Part shown: positions 1 through 8,110 of the stretch, piece by piece
How positions within the stretch are numbered: position 1 is the stretch's first letter
Layout of the letters: the number at the start of each line of letters is the position of its first letter
Source of the DNA: Methanobacteriota archaeon
Lineage (GTDB): Archaea > Thermoplasmatota > Poseidoniia > Poseidoniales > Thalassarchaeaceae
Reading direction: 5' to 3'
Assembly (NCBI GenBank): GCA_002722735.1
Contig: PBMR01000019.1
Coordinates: 4,746-68,745, forward strand
Length of the DNA stretch: 64,000 nucleotides
Program-made: the position numbers and the translations under genes
Notes under the pieces: model-generated
Databases searched by the model: none
What the model was told of the DNA's origin: nothing
What the model saw: the letters and a program-made list of their open reading frames with translations, nothing else

Positions 1-260
1 GACGCGCTCTCCGATTCTGACAAGGTTGCCTGGGCGGTGGTGGTGACGGGGGATTCCTCGATTGACTGCTCGCTTGGAACTATGGCCATCAACTCCTCCA
101 CCGTGCTCTCATTCAGGAGATGGACGCCGGAGGAGTTGGCCGCCTCTATCAGTGGAAGGAGGCTCGGTAGTTCCTCGATCCTCCTTCGAGCGCTGGCTTG
201 AGCCAGAAGGCCGGCAGTGGCGAGTGACTGGCACCTCTCTTGCCAAGTCTCAGAGGCCAT
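1..260 (-). CDS. hypothetical protein, N-terminal part only (ORF runs off the left edge)
   Basis: Hand translation of the minus strand from ATG (plus coords 260-258) gives MASETWQERCQSLATAGLLAQASARRRIEELPSLLPLIEAANSSGVHLLNESTVEELMAIVPSEQSIEE..., open to base 1. It is absent from the ORF track because it has no stop in the window. No motif recognised. Confidence 0.3.
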   Translation of the reverse strand, partial: MASETWQERCQSLATAGLLAQASARRRIEELPSLLPLIEAANSSGVHLLNESTVEELMAIVPSEQSIEESPVTTTAQATLSESESA

Positions 261-321
261 GCGCCCACTATCAAGTGGGGACGCTCATGATGGTATCGTT
301 TGTGGCAGTGGAGGTAGGGTG

Positions 322-1017
322 CTACTCGTCCCAATCTGTCAGCGATGCTAGATCGACATCCTTGAGTGATTGGGCAACGGTGCTCTTGGTCGTTCCCCAA
401 GTGATTTCGCCCTCCCACTCCTCCGATGTGGGATCTAGGTCCTCTGTGCCTCCCTCACTGGGGATCTTGGATGAGATAGGGCTCCTTTTCGGAGTAGGTG
501 GGGCTTCCTTCTCATCGTCCTTGGCCCTATCAAGAGCCTCGATAGCAAGTCTGAGAGCGAAGGATGTGAAAGACCTCTTGTTATCGAGTCTGTCATTCTC
601 GCCGAAATCCATCCTCCTGACGAGAAAGTAGTCCCCAGCGATGACTGCGGCGTGCACTCGGCCCACTTCCTTGTCTTCCTCGGAGCCACCAGGACCGGCG
701 ATACCAGTAATCGCTATTGCGACATCGGACCCGGATTTGTACCTCGCTCCACGTGCCATTTGAACAGCGACCTTGTGCGAAACAGCTCCTGAATCGCCCT
801 TGTCGAAGGCAGACCTCCCGACACCGAGCTCCCTTATCTTAGACTCGTTTGAATACACTATCCAGCCCTGCTTGAACCACGAGCTGGCCCCAGAGATGTC
901 AGTCAGGATTGAAGCAATCAAACCGCCGGTGCACGACTCGGCAGTAGAAATGGTCCACCCAAGCTTGCGAAGGCGATGCGTCAACCTAGACGCGAGGGCT
1001 GCAGCCTGCTCGACCAC
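322..1017 (-). CDS. CinA C-terminal domain / PncC-like nicotinamide-nucleotide amidohydrolase with an acidic ~70 aa C-terminal extension
   Basis: The first ~160 aa carry CinA/PncC-type motifs (TISTAESCTGGLIAS, ITGIAGPGG, GRVH). The tail is E/D/T/P-rich low complexity. Confidence 0.8.
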   Translation of the reverse strand: MVEQAAALASRLTHRLRKLGWTISTAESCTGGLIASILTDISGASSWFKQGWIVYSNESKIRELGVGRSAFDKGDSGAVSHKVAVQMARGARYKSGSDVAIAITGIAGPGGSEEDKEVGRVHAAVIAGDYFLVRRMDFGENDRLDNKRSFTSFALRLAIEALDRAKDDEKEAPPTPKRSPISSKIPSEGGTEDLDPTSEEWEGEITWGTTKSTVAQSLKDVDLASLTDWDE

Positions 1018-1107
1018 GAAATACAGTCATGGCATCCACTCTTGACCTTTTCACTATGCATTATTGATGAATAATACGTCAATTCAGAACATTCGAATCT
1101 CTTTGGG

Positions 1108-1183
1108 TGGTGGGTCCGGCAGGAATTGAACCTGCGATCTTCGCTTTGTAAGAGCGACGTCATAACCCCTAGACCACGGACCC
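1108..1183 (-). tRNA. tRNA-Val (anticodon UAC), CCA encoded
   Basis: The reverse complement GGGTCCGTGGTCTAGGGGTTATGACGTCGCTCTTACAAAGCGAAGATCGCAGGTTCAATTCCTGCCGGACCCACCA folds by hand into a cloverleaf. It has a 7-bp acceptor stem, a TCGCT/AGCGA anticodon stem, the loop CTTACAA, a GCAGG/CCTGC T-stem with a TTCAATT loop, and a 3' CCA. Confidence 0.9.
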
Positions 1184-1245
1184 TGAGAGGTCCGAAGAGC
1201 AATGCATTCAAATCCCCTATGGTCAATATTGCGGTCTGAGGGACG

Positions 1246-2244
1246 GTGATGTCAATGATGGCCGAATTGCTCGAGAGGCTGAGTTCAGTAGGCTTACCCC
1301 TCAACGAAACTATCTCAGGGGCTATGACATCCATCGACCCTGCCGACTTCACTGACTTTCACCTCGAGCCGTTCTGGCATGACCGCCCGGTTCCGTTCCT
1401 GCTCACGGATTTCGGGGCCACGAGGACCATCTCGGCCCCCCATATGATTGTCACCCTGCTGCATCACCTCGAGGTTCACGAAGGTCAGCACATCCTGCTA
1501 ATTGGTTCCAAGGGAGGTTATCTGGCATCCCTGCTCGACCATATGGTGGGGTCCAACGGAGCAGTGACTATCATCGAGCCCCATCTGGAAGTTAGGATGC
1601 ACACTGAAGAGAGGCTCGAGATGCATGCCCAATCAGGTCTGATCAGGGTGCTGCCCCCTCACTCTCTGGAGCTACAGGATGAAATGGGCAGATCCATTGA
1701 TAGGGTTCTGATTACCGGTGCAGTCAGATCAATACCAGAAGGGGTTGATCATATGGTGGATGATGGTGGCTTCGTTTTGGGCCCCTTCGGGGGTCCGGTC
1801 CATCAGAGGCTAATCAAAAGGGAGCGTCAGGGTAACGATTGGTTCGATACCGATCTGGGTGGCGTAGTTTTCGGCCCGATGGATGTGGAAGAATCCGAAC
1901 GGGGGCCCTTGGATCCATTGTCTCTTGCCAATCACATAGAAGATGCACTCAGTCTGATTAGCGGCATCGTCGACATCGAGGAAGATACGATTGAGAGAGT
2001 AGAGGATCTGATTAGTTCACTTAGGGAAATGCCGGGGGACCTACCTCAACTTGACGAAGACTCCACCGAAGAGGATATCTTGGAGCACCCCGTTGTGGAC
2101 CTGTTGATGTCCGAAATAGAATGGCTTGGGCCCCTATGGCCTCTCTTCAGCGAGTACCTCTCGTTAGACATATCCAATCCTGGCTCGCCTGACGAGGACG
2201 ATGAGGGTCGCTACATAGGCGGTCACGAGGACCTTGTTCCCTGA
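1246..2244 (+). CDS. protein-L-isoaspartate O-methyltransferase-like protein (divergent paralog) with an acidic C-terminal extension
   Basis: PIMT-type motif TISAPHMIVTLL followed by HILLIGSKGGYLASLL (degenerate SAM motif I). It has a ~110 aa D/E-rich tail and a GTG/ATG start cluster at 1246-1251. Confidence 0.6.
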   Translation: MMSMMAELLERLSSVGLPLNETISGAMTSIDPADFTDFHLEPFWHDRPVPFLLTDFGATRTISAPHMIVTLLHHLEVHEGQHILLIGSKGGYLASLLDHMVGSNGAVTIIEPHLEVRMHTEERLEMHAQSGLIRVLPPHSLELQDEMGRSIDRVLITGAVRSIPEGVDHMVDDGGFVLGPFGGPVHQRLIKRERQGNDWFDTDLGGVVFGPMDVEESERGPLDPLSLANHIEDALSLISGIVDIEEDTIERVEDLISSLREMPGDLPQLDEDSTEEDILEHPVVDLLMSEIEWLGPLWPLFSEYLSLDISNPGSPDEDDEGRYIGGHEDLVP

Positions 2245-3326
2245 TGCGGAATCGTAGCGTTCTAACGGCCAAGTTACGTCGGAGCAACGTGAAGCATCCC
2301 GCGGTCTTCCGTCTTCAACACAAGGACGAGCGTCAGAGGCGACTTGCTGTCAGGAGGCTCTTCGAACTGGACGACCCAGAGTCACTCAGTGGATTCATCC
2401 CCCTGCTTAGTGATGAGGACCCCTGGTTCAGGCGGAAGGCCATGGAGGCAGTAGGGAGGTGGTTTGGGCATGGTCAGGGAAACGTGGCGAGGATGCTGGC
2501 CGAATCCCCCTATCCTGAGCAGAGGGTACTAGCGACTAATCTTGCACTTCGCAGTGAGGGAGGGGGGATGGAGATGCTGCTTGAGCTATGTGAAGACTCG
2601 GAGCCATCGGTTAGGCTCGCGGCTTGGAAGGCCAGACTAGGCGTCGACAATAGTAAGATTGCTGCAGTTATTGCACTGGCACTAAATGACGAGGAAGTGG
2701 AAGTAAGACGGATTGCCTTACGGAGATTGTCGATTATGGAGGTAATAGATCCGGATCTCCTGAGGGCAGTATTGAGTGATCCCAGCCCCCGGGTGGTTGC
2801 GGCCGCGGTTTCACTGGTGGAAAAGCGATCCGAACTCAGAGAAGATATCGAGGTTGAAAGTCAGCTAATCGCGATTGCCAAGGGTGGAGGGAGCTCGGTG
2901 AGCGCGGTCGCAATAGGCGTCCTCGCCGACAAGTCCCTCGATTCTCCGGACATTGCGGCCTTAGTGCTAGGCTTGGTCGAGGACGGATCGTCGGAATTAG
3001 TTAGCAGCCTCGTTGCCGGTTTGAGAGGCATTGCCTGGTGGCATATTGAGGGGTTCGCTGATAGGCTGGTGACTACTGCTGATGATGGACTGGTCGCTAG
3101 ACTGCTCAGAGGAGAGAGATCTGGGGAGGTCGTCCCCATACGAAATGCAATACTGTCCGACCCAAGAAAGAGCAGTGTGCTGAGAGCTAGGATAATCGAG
3201 GACCTGATTGGCAGGCAGGTCGATGAGACTACGATTGAGATAGTCAAAATCCTCTCGGAATCGGACGACGAGTCCCTATCCGCCATTTCTAGAAGTCTAT
3301 TATCCGAAGATGGTTCATTCAACTAG
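2244..3326 (+). CDS. HEAT/PBS-lyase-like repeat protein
   Basis: Repeated ~30 aa helical units (DPWFRRKAMEAVG, EPSVRLAAWKA, EVEVRRIALRRL, SPRVVAAAVS). The ATG overlaps the upstream stop (TGATG at 2242-2246). Confidence 0.6.
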   Translation: MRNRSVLTAKLRRSNVKHPAVFRLQHKDERQRRLAVRRLFELDDPESLSGFIPLLSDEDPWFRRKAMEAVGRWFGHGQGNVARMLAESPYPEQRVLATNLALRSEGGGMEMLLELCEDSEPSVRLAAWKARLGVDNSKIAAVIALALNDEEVEVRRIALRRLSIMEVIDPDLLRAVLSDPSPRVVAAAVSLVEKRSELREDIEVESQLIAIAKGGGSSVSAVAIGVLADKSLDSPDIAALVLGLVEDGSSELVSSLVAGLRGIAWWHIEGFADRLVTTADDGLVARLLRGERSGEVVPIRNAILSDPRKSSVLRARIIEDLIGRQVDETTIEIVKILSESDDESLSAISRSLLSEDGSFN

Positions 3327-3734
3327 GCTGACCGCTGGCAATAATAGCCTCGATAGTGGCATCGAAATCGGTGGAAGATGGTCCGAGAGCCTGTGACGGC
3401 TGGTCTTCGGGGGAAGCAGATTACCAAGCAATCCAGCATCAATCACCTCCTTCTTAGAGATGGAGTCCCTGCCGCAATTGGGCCAAACGTCTAGTTCGAT
3501 CGTGTCATCGCCAGTGTAGTCGACTAAAACGCATGGCAGACACATAAGACTGAGCCTTAGAGCCACCTGATGCCTGTGATGGCCGTCGAGAATCACTCCC
3601 GTGTTCTTGTCGATGACTAGGGGGAGGACATAGGCTTTCCACCGATGTGTCATCCTCTCAAGTTCATCGACTTTCTTGGCAAGGGTCCCTTCATGGGGCC
3701 GCAGAACTTCCAAGGGAACCAATTCGACCTTCAC
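3315..3734 (-). CDS. ParB/sulfiredoxin-fold (ParB-like nuclease domain) small protein
   Basis: LRPHE ... VILDGHHRH arrangement typical of the ParB N-terminal/Srx fold. 139 aa. Its 3' end overlaps the convergent HEAT gene by 12 nt. Confidence 0.5.
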   Translation of the reverse strand: MKVELVPLEVLRPHEGTLAKKVDELERMTHRWKAYVLPLVIDKNTGVILDGHHRHQVALRLSLMCLPCVLVDYTGDDTIELDVWPNCGRDSISKKEVIDAGLLGNLLPPKTSRHRLSDHLPPISMPLSRLLLPAVSLVE

Positions 3735-3803
3735 GGGGGCCGCACGAGCCGTGACTCAATATATCTGCGCCCGAAGGCGTGTTTCCTGTAGGGGGCGGAA
3801 TCT

Positions 3804-5048
3804 GTGAGAGAATTACTTGATCGCCTCAAAGATGATGATCGGACAGTGCTCAGTGGATTGGGGAATCGTGGTGAGGCTTGGATTGTCGGAGGGTGGGTCA
3901 GGGACGCACTTTCTGGGAATCGGACAGGAGACCTGGATATCGCGACCACCCTCAGACCGGACGAGATCAAGGAGATATTCCCGCGCTCCCTGATGATTGG
4001 CGAGCAGTACGGCACCGTGAGTGTCAGACTCGACGAGAGCAATGAAAATAAGGGAATCTGGGAGGTCACTACCCTGCGAAGCGAAGGGAGCTACGGCGAC
4101 GGGAGGAGACCGGATAATGTTGAGTTCTGTGACGACATAGGGGCCGATCTATCACGCAGGGACTTCACGATTAACGCAATGGCCATTGGGAACACGGGCG
4201 AACTGATAGATCCGTTTGATGGATTGGGGGATCTTGATTCTGGCGTGCTACGCTCGGTGGGAAATGCTGATGACAGGATTGGCGAGGATGGTCTGCGAAT
4301 CATGAGGGCCTTCAGATTCCTAGATTGGGGCAATAGGGGCGTTAGGAGTCTCGATTCAAACCTTAGCGACGCAATAAGTGGGAGTATCACTATGCTCGAT
4401 AACGTTTCCAAGGAGAGGATTGGTTCAGAATTGGCGTTGATCCTCTCCGGTGAAAACGTTGGAGCAATCGTCAATCTGATGGACTATCATGGCGTAATTG
4501 GCGCGATCCTCCCCGGAATTTCGACTGAGGCTGACGTTAGCATGTCGGGTAACTGGCGTGTCAATCTAGCACTGATTTGCAGTGCTGACAAACGCGAAGG
4601 GGACGACATGGGGGTTTCACTCGGCAGACTTCTGAGGATCTCCAAAGATGATTCCAAGACTGTTGCCTTCCTCCATGACTGCAGGGATGTGACGCTCGGT
4701 GCGCAACCTAGTAGCATCAGGAGATTCAGAGTCGCCCTTCCGGCGGCAAGGCAGGAAGATCTGGTTTCATACTTGAGGGGGATACACCGTGACGTCTCGG
4801 AATTTATCGATGCACTGGATTCGACCGGCCCCCCTAGGGCTGGAAGCACCCCCCTCGTAGATGGGAACATGCTCTCCCGAGTGACTGGTTTGGAGCCCGG
4901 CAAACGCCTTGGCAGGCTGAAGGGATGGCTGCACAGGCGGCAGGTCGAGGAGGACCTGATCAGTCCGGAGGATGTCCTGGCATTGTTGGACGGAATGGAA
5001 TGGGCCGAGTCAGATCCGGATAAGTGGCCAATCCTGTCTTGGCCCTGA
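3804..5048 (+). CDS. cca: class II (bacterial/eukaryal-type) tRNA nucleotidyltransferase, CCA-adding enzyme / poly(A) polymerase family
   Basis: Head-domain motifs GGWVRDAL...GDLDIAT, RRDFTINAMA and EDGLRIMRAFRF. GTG start. Confidence 0.75.
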   Translation: MRELLDRLKDDDRTVLSGLGNRGEAWIVGGWVRDALSGNRTGDLDIATTLRPDEIKEIFPRSLMIGEQYGTVSVRLDESNENKGIWEVTTLRSEGSYGDGRRPDNVEFCDDIGADLSRRDFTINAMAIGNTGELIDPFDGLGDLDSGVLRSVGNADDRIGEDGLRIMRAFRFLDWGNRGVRSLDSNLSDAISGSITMLDNVSKERIGSELALILSGENVGAIVNLMDYHGVIGAILPGISTEADVSMSGNWRVNLALICSADKREGDDMGVSLGRLLRISKDDSKTVAFLHDCRDVTLGAQPSSIRRFRVALPAARQEDLVSYLRGIHRDVSEFIDALDSTGPPRAGSTPLVDGNMLSRVTGLEPGKRLGRLKGWLHRRQVEEDLISPEDVLALLDGMEWAESDPDKWPILSWP

Positions 5049-5552
5049 TTATATCTCATTGAGGTATTCGATATACTCTTCCTCAGTTAGGTGCATGTCC
5101 TCATCCCAATCATGAGGTTTGACTATCATGCACCATCCATCGCCGTAAGCCTCCTCGTTGACTAAATCCGGATTGTCCTCAACGTCTCCATTCAACTCAA
5201 TGATTCTACAAGGGAATGGCGCGTTGATGAGCACACGATCCTCAGTGGTCCTGATTGTGATGAGCAGGTCGTCGACACCCATCTCATCTCCACTGGCGAG
5301 AGGAATGGCAGGCGAGTCATCGTCGTTTTCACTGGTATCGTCATCATCACGAACTTGGAACTCGCTGTCATCCTCAGGCTTAGTCAAAACCACCCTAACC
5401 ACATCGCCGTATTCAGCCCTAATGAACTCGCTGACTCCAATCTTAATCGTCTGGTTTTCGTCTTTCTCACCTAGGACTTGGACCCAGAGGTGATCGAGGG
5501 TGTACTTCCTGTCGTGAGCGATGCTGAATTCGAAGAAATCCCCACCAGTCAT
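5049..5552 (-). CDS. GcvH-like (glycine cleavage H / lipoyl-domain fold) protein lacking the lipoyl-lysine
   Basis: YTLDHLWV, IGVSEFIRAEYGDVV and INAPFPCRIIELNGDVEDNPDLVNEEAYGDGW align by eye with GcvH. The ESVK position reads RTTED. There is an acidic insertion of ~35 aa. Confidence 0.6.
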   Translation of the reverse strand: MTGGDFFEFSIAHDRKYTLDHLWVQVLGEKDENQTIKIGVSEFIRAEYGDVVRVVLTKPEDDSEFQVRDDDDTSENDDDSPAIPLASGDEMGVDDLLITIRTTEDRVLINAPFPCRIIELNGDVEDNPDLVNEEAYGDGWCMIVKPHDWDEDMHLTEEEYIEYLNEI

Positions 5553-5668
5553 TGCGATTCCGACCGGCGGCCGTGTAGGATGTGATTTGAAGTATTCTAT
5601 TAATTTCGCAATTTTACAGTCTCTACGAGAGATTAACAGTATACCCTGCCTCCCCAGGGGGAAGCGGC

Positions 5669-6844
5669 ATGGAGATTTCTGAGACGGAAGAGCAGAGTAT
5701 GATTCGCGAAATGGTTCGCGGCTTTGCCGAAGAGGTATTGGCCCCGACCTGCCTCCAAAGGGACAAGGGGCAGGAGGCCCCCCTGGATGAGTGGCGCGCC
5801 TTCTGCGAACTTGGACTTCAGGGTATCACGATTGCTGAACAATACGGTGGCAGCCCAGTTGATGACGTGACCGAGGCCATCATCGTCGAAGAGCTGGCTA
5901 GAGTGGATCCCTCATTCTCTGTGATGTTCTGCGTACACGTCGGCCTATGCTCCAAGACCATTTCTCTTCATGGCAATGAAGAACAGAAGCGGGAGTACCT
6001 CAGTCGTCTCGCTGGCAATGAAATTGGGGCTTACTCACTATCCGAGGCCGGCGCGGGAACGGACGCTGCATCCATGAATTGCCGAGCTCAACTGAGTGAC
6101 GACGGGACGCATTACATCCTCAATGGTGAGAAGATGTGGGTCACCAACGGGGAGAGTGCCAACATATACGTCCTATTCGCCAAGGACATAGATCATCCCG
6201 AGTACGGTCAGAAAAAGCATGGTGGGACGACTGCTTTCATAGTCGAGGGGGGTTTCGATGGGTTCTCAGTAGGTAAGAAAGAGGACAAGCTAGGCATTCG
6301 CTCCAGCGATACCTGCTCTCTGCTATTGGAAAACTGCAAGGTCCCAGTTGCTAACGTGCTGAAGGAATCCGGAAGGGGCTTCCCGATTGCGATGAATGCC
6401 CTCGATAATTCTAGAATCGGCATTGCCGCTCAGGCCCTGGGCATAGCGCAGGGAGCATTCGAGTCAGCACTGAAATATGCTCATGAGCGCGAGACCTTCG
6501 GCAAGCCTATTGCACACCATCAGGGAATTGGCAACTACCTCGCTGATATGGCGACCCGAGTAGAGGCTGCCCGACTCATGGTCTACAAAGCAGCGTGGGC
6601 GAAGCGGCAGCACTACGAGCATGGCGCGCCAAGGCACACCAAGGAGGCCAGCATGGCCAAGCTATTCGCTGGAGATACTGCGATGTGGGTCGCAGAGAGG
6701 GCGGTTCAAGTTCTCGGGGGCTATGGCTACACGACGGATTTCCCTGTCGAACGATTCTTCAGAGACGCAAAGATCACCCAGATCTACGAGGGCACCCAAG
6801 AGGTCCAGAGAATCGTGATCAGTCGGTCGATTGCCCCCAAATGA
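5669..6844 (+). CDS. acyl-CoA dehydrogenase (short/medium-chain type)
   Basis: Typical ACAD layout and motifs (YSLSEAGAGTDAAS, MWVTNG, FGKPIAHHQ, IYEGTQEVQR). Confidence 0.9.
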   Translation: MEISETEEQSMIREMVRGFAEEVLAPTCLQRDKGQEAPLDEWRAFCELGLQGITIAEQYGGSPVDDVTEAIIVEELARVDPSFSVMFCVHVGLCSKTISLHGNEEQKREYLSRLAGNEIGAYSLSEAGAGTDAASMNCRAQLSDDGTHYILNGEKMWVTNGESANIYVLFAKDIDHPEYGQKKHGGTTAFIVEGGFDGFSVGKKEDKLGIRSSDTCSLLLENCKVPVANVLKESGRGFPIAMNALDNSRIGIAAQALGIAQGAFESALKYAHERETFGKPIAHHQGIGNYLADMATRVEAARLMVYKAAWAKRQHYEHGAPRHTKEASMAKLFAGDTAMWVAERAVQVLGGYGYTTDFPVERFFRDAKITQIYEGTQEVQRIVISRSIAPK

Positions 6845-6853
6845 GGTGTCCGG

Positions 6854-8101
6854 GTGTACGGCTTCCCCGTCGAAGAGGTAAGAGGGGCGTTTCCTGGGCT
6901 AACTCGCAAGATCAATGGGGGCAGGGCGATCTTCTTCGATGGGCCCGGGGGCAGCCAAGTTCCACAGTCGGTAGCTAATGCGGTCGGAAACTACCTGCTG
7001 CATCATAACGCCAACACCGGGATGTCATTTGCCACATCCAGGGAGACCGATCAACTCATCGAGGAGACGATGCGTGCTTGTGCTGACTTTCTTGGGTGCG
7101 AGAACCCCCGAGAAGTCGTCTTCGGGCAGAATATGACCAGTCTGAACATCCAACTAGCAAGCGCACTCAGCAGGACGTGGGGCGAGGATGACGAAGTGGT
7201 GGTGACACGTTTGGACCACGACGGAAACGTCCAACCCTGGGTCCTTGCTGCTGAGTGGTCTGGGGCTACACTAAGGAAAATCGACGTTAATCCTGATGAC
7301 TGCACCCTCGACCCATCCTCCATCGTGGAGTCAATAAACGAGAAAACCACCCTCGTGGCTGTCGGTGCAGCGTCAAACTTCTCCGGCACCGTCAACGACG
7401 TGCGAGAAATTGCCAATCGGGCGCATGAGTTCGGGGCTGAGGTGGTTGTAGACGCGGTGCACTACGCCCCACATCGTCTCATTGACATCAAGGAGATGGG
7501 GTGTGATTACCTGCTCTGCTCGCCGTACAAGTTCTTCGGGCCCCACCAAGGGATCCTTTGGGGCAGAGCAGATCGGATGGCAGAGCTCCCGGTAGCGAAG
7601 TTACGGGTATCTACCGAGGGAATCCCATTCAGATGGATGACTGGGACGCAAAGCTACGAGGGGTTGGCAGGAACTCTCGCGGCCATCGAACACATAGCCT
7701 GGGTCGGCAGGAAGGTAGGGAGAGAGGAGTTGCCCCGGAGAGAGGCCCTCAGTGCGGCGTTCAAGGCAATAGAGTCTCATGAGAATGAATTGTGCTGGCA
7801 GATTGTCGAGGGTCTGATGGACATCGAAGGAGTCAGGATATGGGGGATCACGGATAGCAACAGGAGCAATGAACGAGCGCCTACGGTCTCCTTCACGCAC
7901 CCCAGCAAAACGGCTTCGGAAATCGCTGATGCCCTAGCCGAGCAAGGGATCTTCGTATGGGCTGGAAACTTCTATGCTCTCGAGCTTTCCGAAGCATTGG
8001 ACCTAGGGCCAGAGGGGGCCTTGCGTATTGGGGTCCTGCATTACAATACGACTGAGGAGGTCGAGAGGTTCCTATCGGTTGTCAGAGATATCTTGGGGTA
8101 G
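6854..8101 (+). CDS. class V aminotransferase-fold PLP enzyme, cysteine desulfurase-like family without an obvious catalytic Cys loop
   Basis: Motifs VDAVHYAPH and SPYKFFGPHQG (PLP lysine). The C-terminal region VWAGNFYA sits where SufS has HHCA. GTG start. Confidence 0.7.
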   Translation: MYGFPVEEVRGAFPGLTRKINGGRAIFFDGPGGSQVPQSVANAVGNYLLHHNANTGMSFATSRETDQLIEETMRACADFLGCENPREVVFGQNMTSLNIQLASALSRTWGEDDEVVVTRLDHDGNVQPWVLAAEWSGATLRKIDVNPDDCTLDPSSIVESINEKTTLVAVGAASNFSGTVNDVREIANRAHEFGAEVVVDAVHYAPHRLIDIKEMGCDYLLCSPYKFFGPHQGILWGRADRMAELPVAKLRVSTEGIPFRWMTGTQSYEGLAGTLAAIEHIAWVGRKVGREELPRREALSAAFKAIESHENELCWQIVEGLMDIEGVRIWGITDSNRSNERAPTVSFTHPSKTASEIADALAEQGIFVWAGNFYALELSEALDLGPEGALRIGVLHYNTTEEVERFLSVVRDILG

Positions 8102-8110
8102 GCACTCATC

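Noticed and set aside
62-631. 189-aa plus-strand ORF at the left end of the window
   Set aside because: It lies antisense to the well-supported CinA/PncC gene (322-1017) and to the partial minus-strand ORF at 1-260. Its composition is Ser/Pro/Leu-rich shadow-ORF-like, with no motif.
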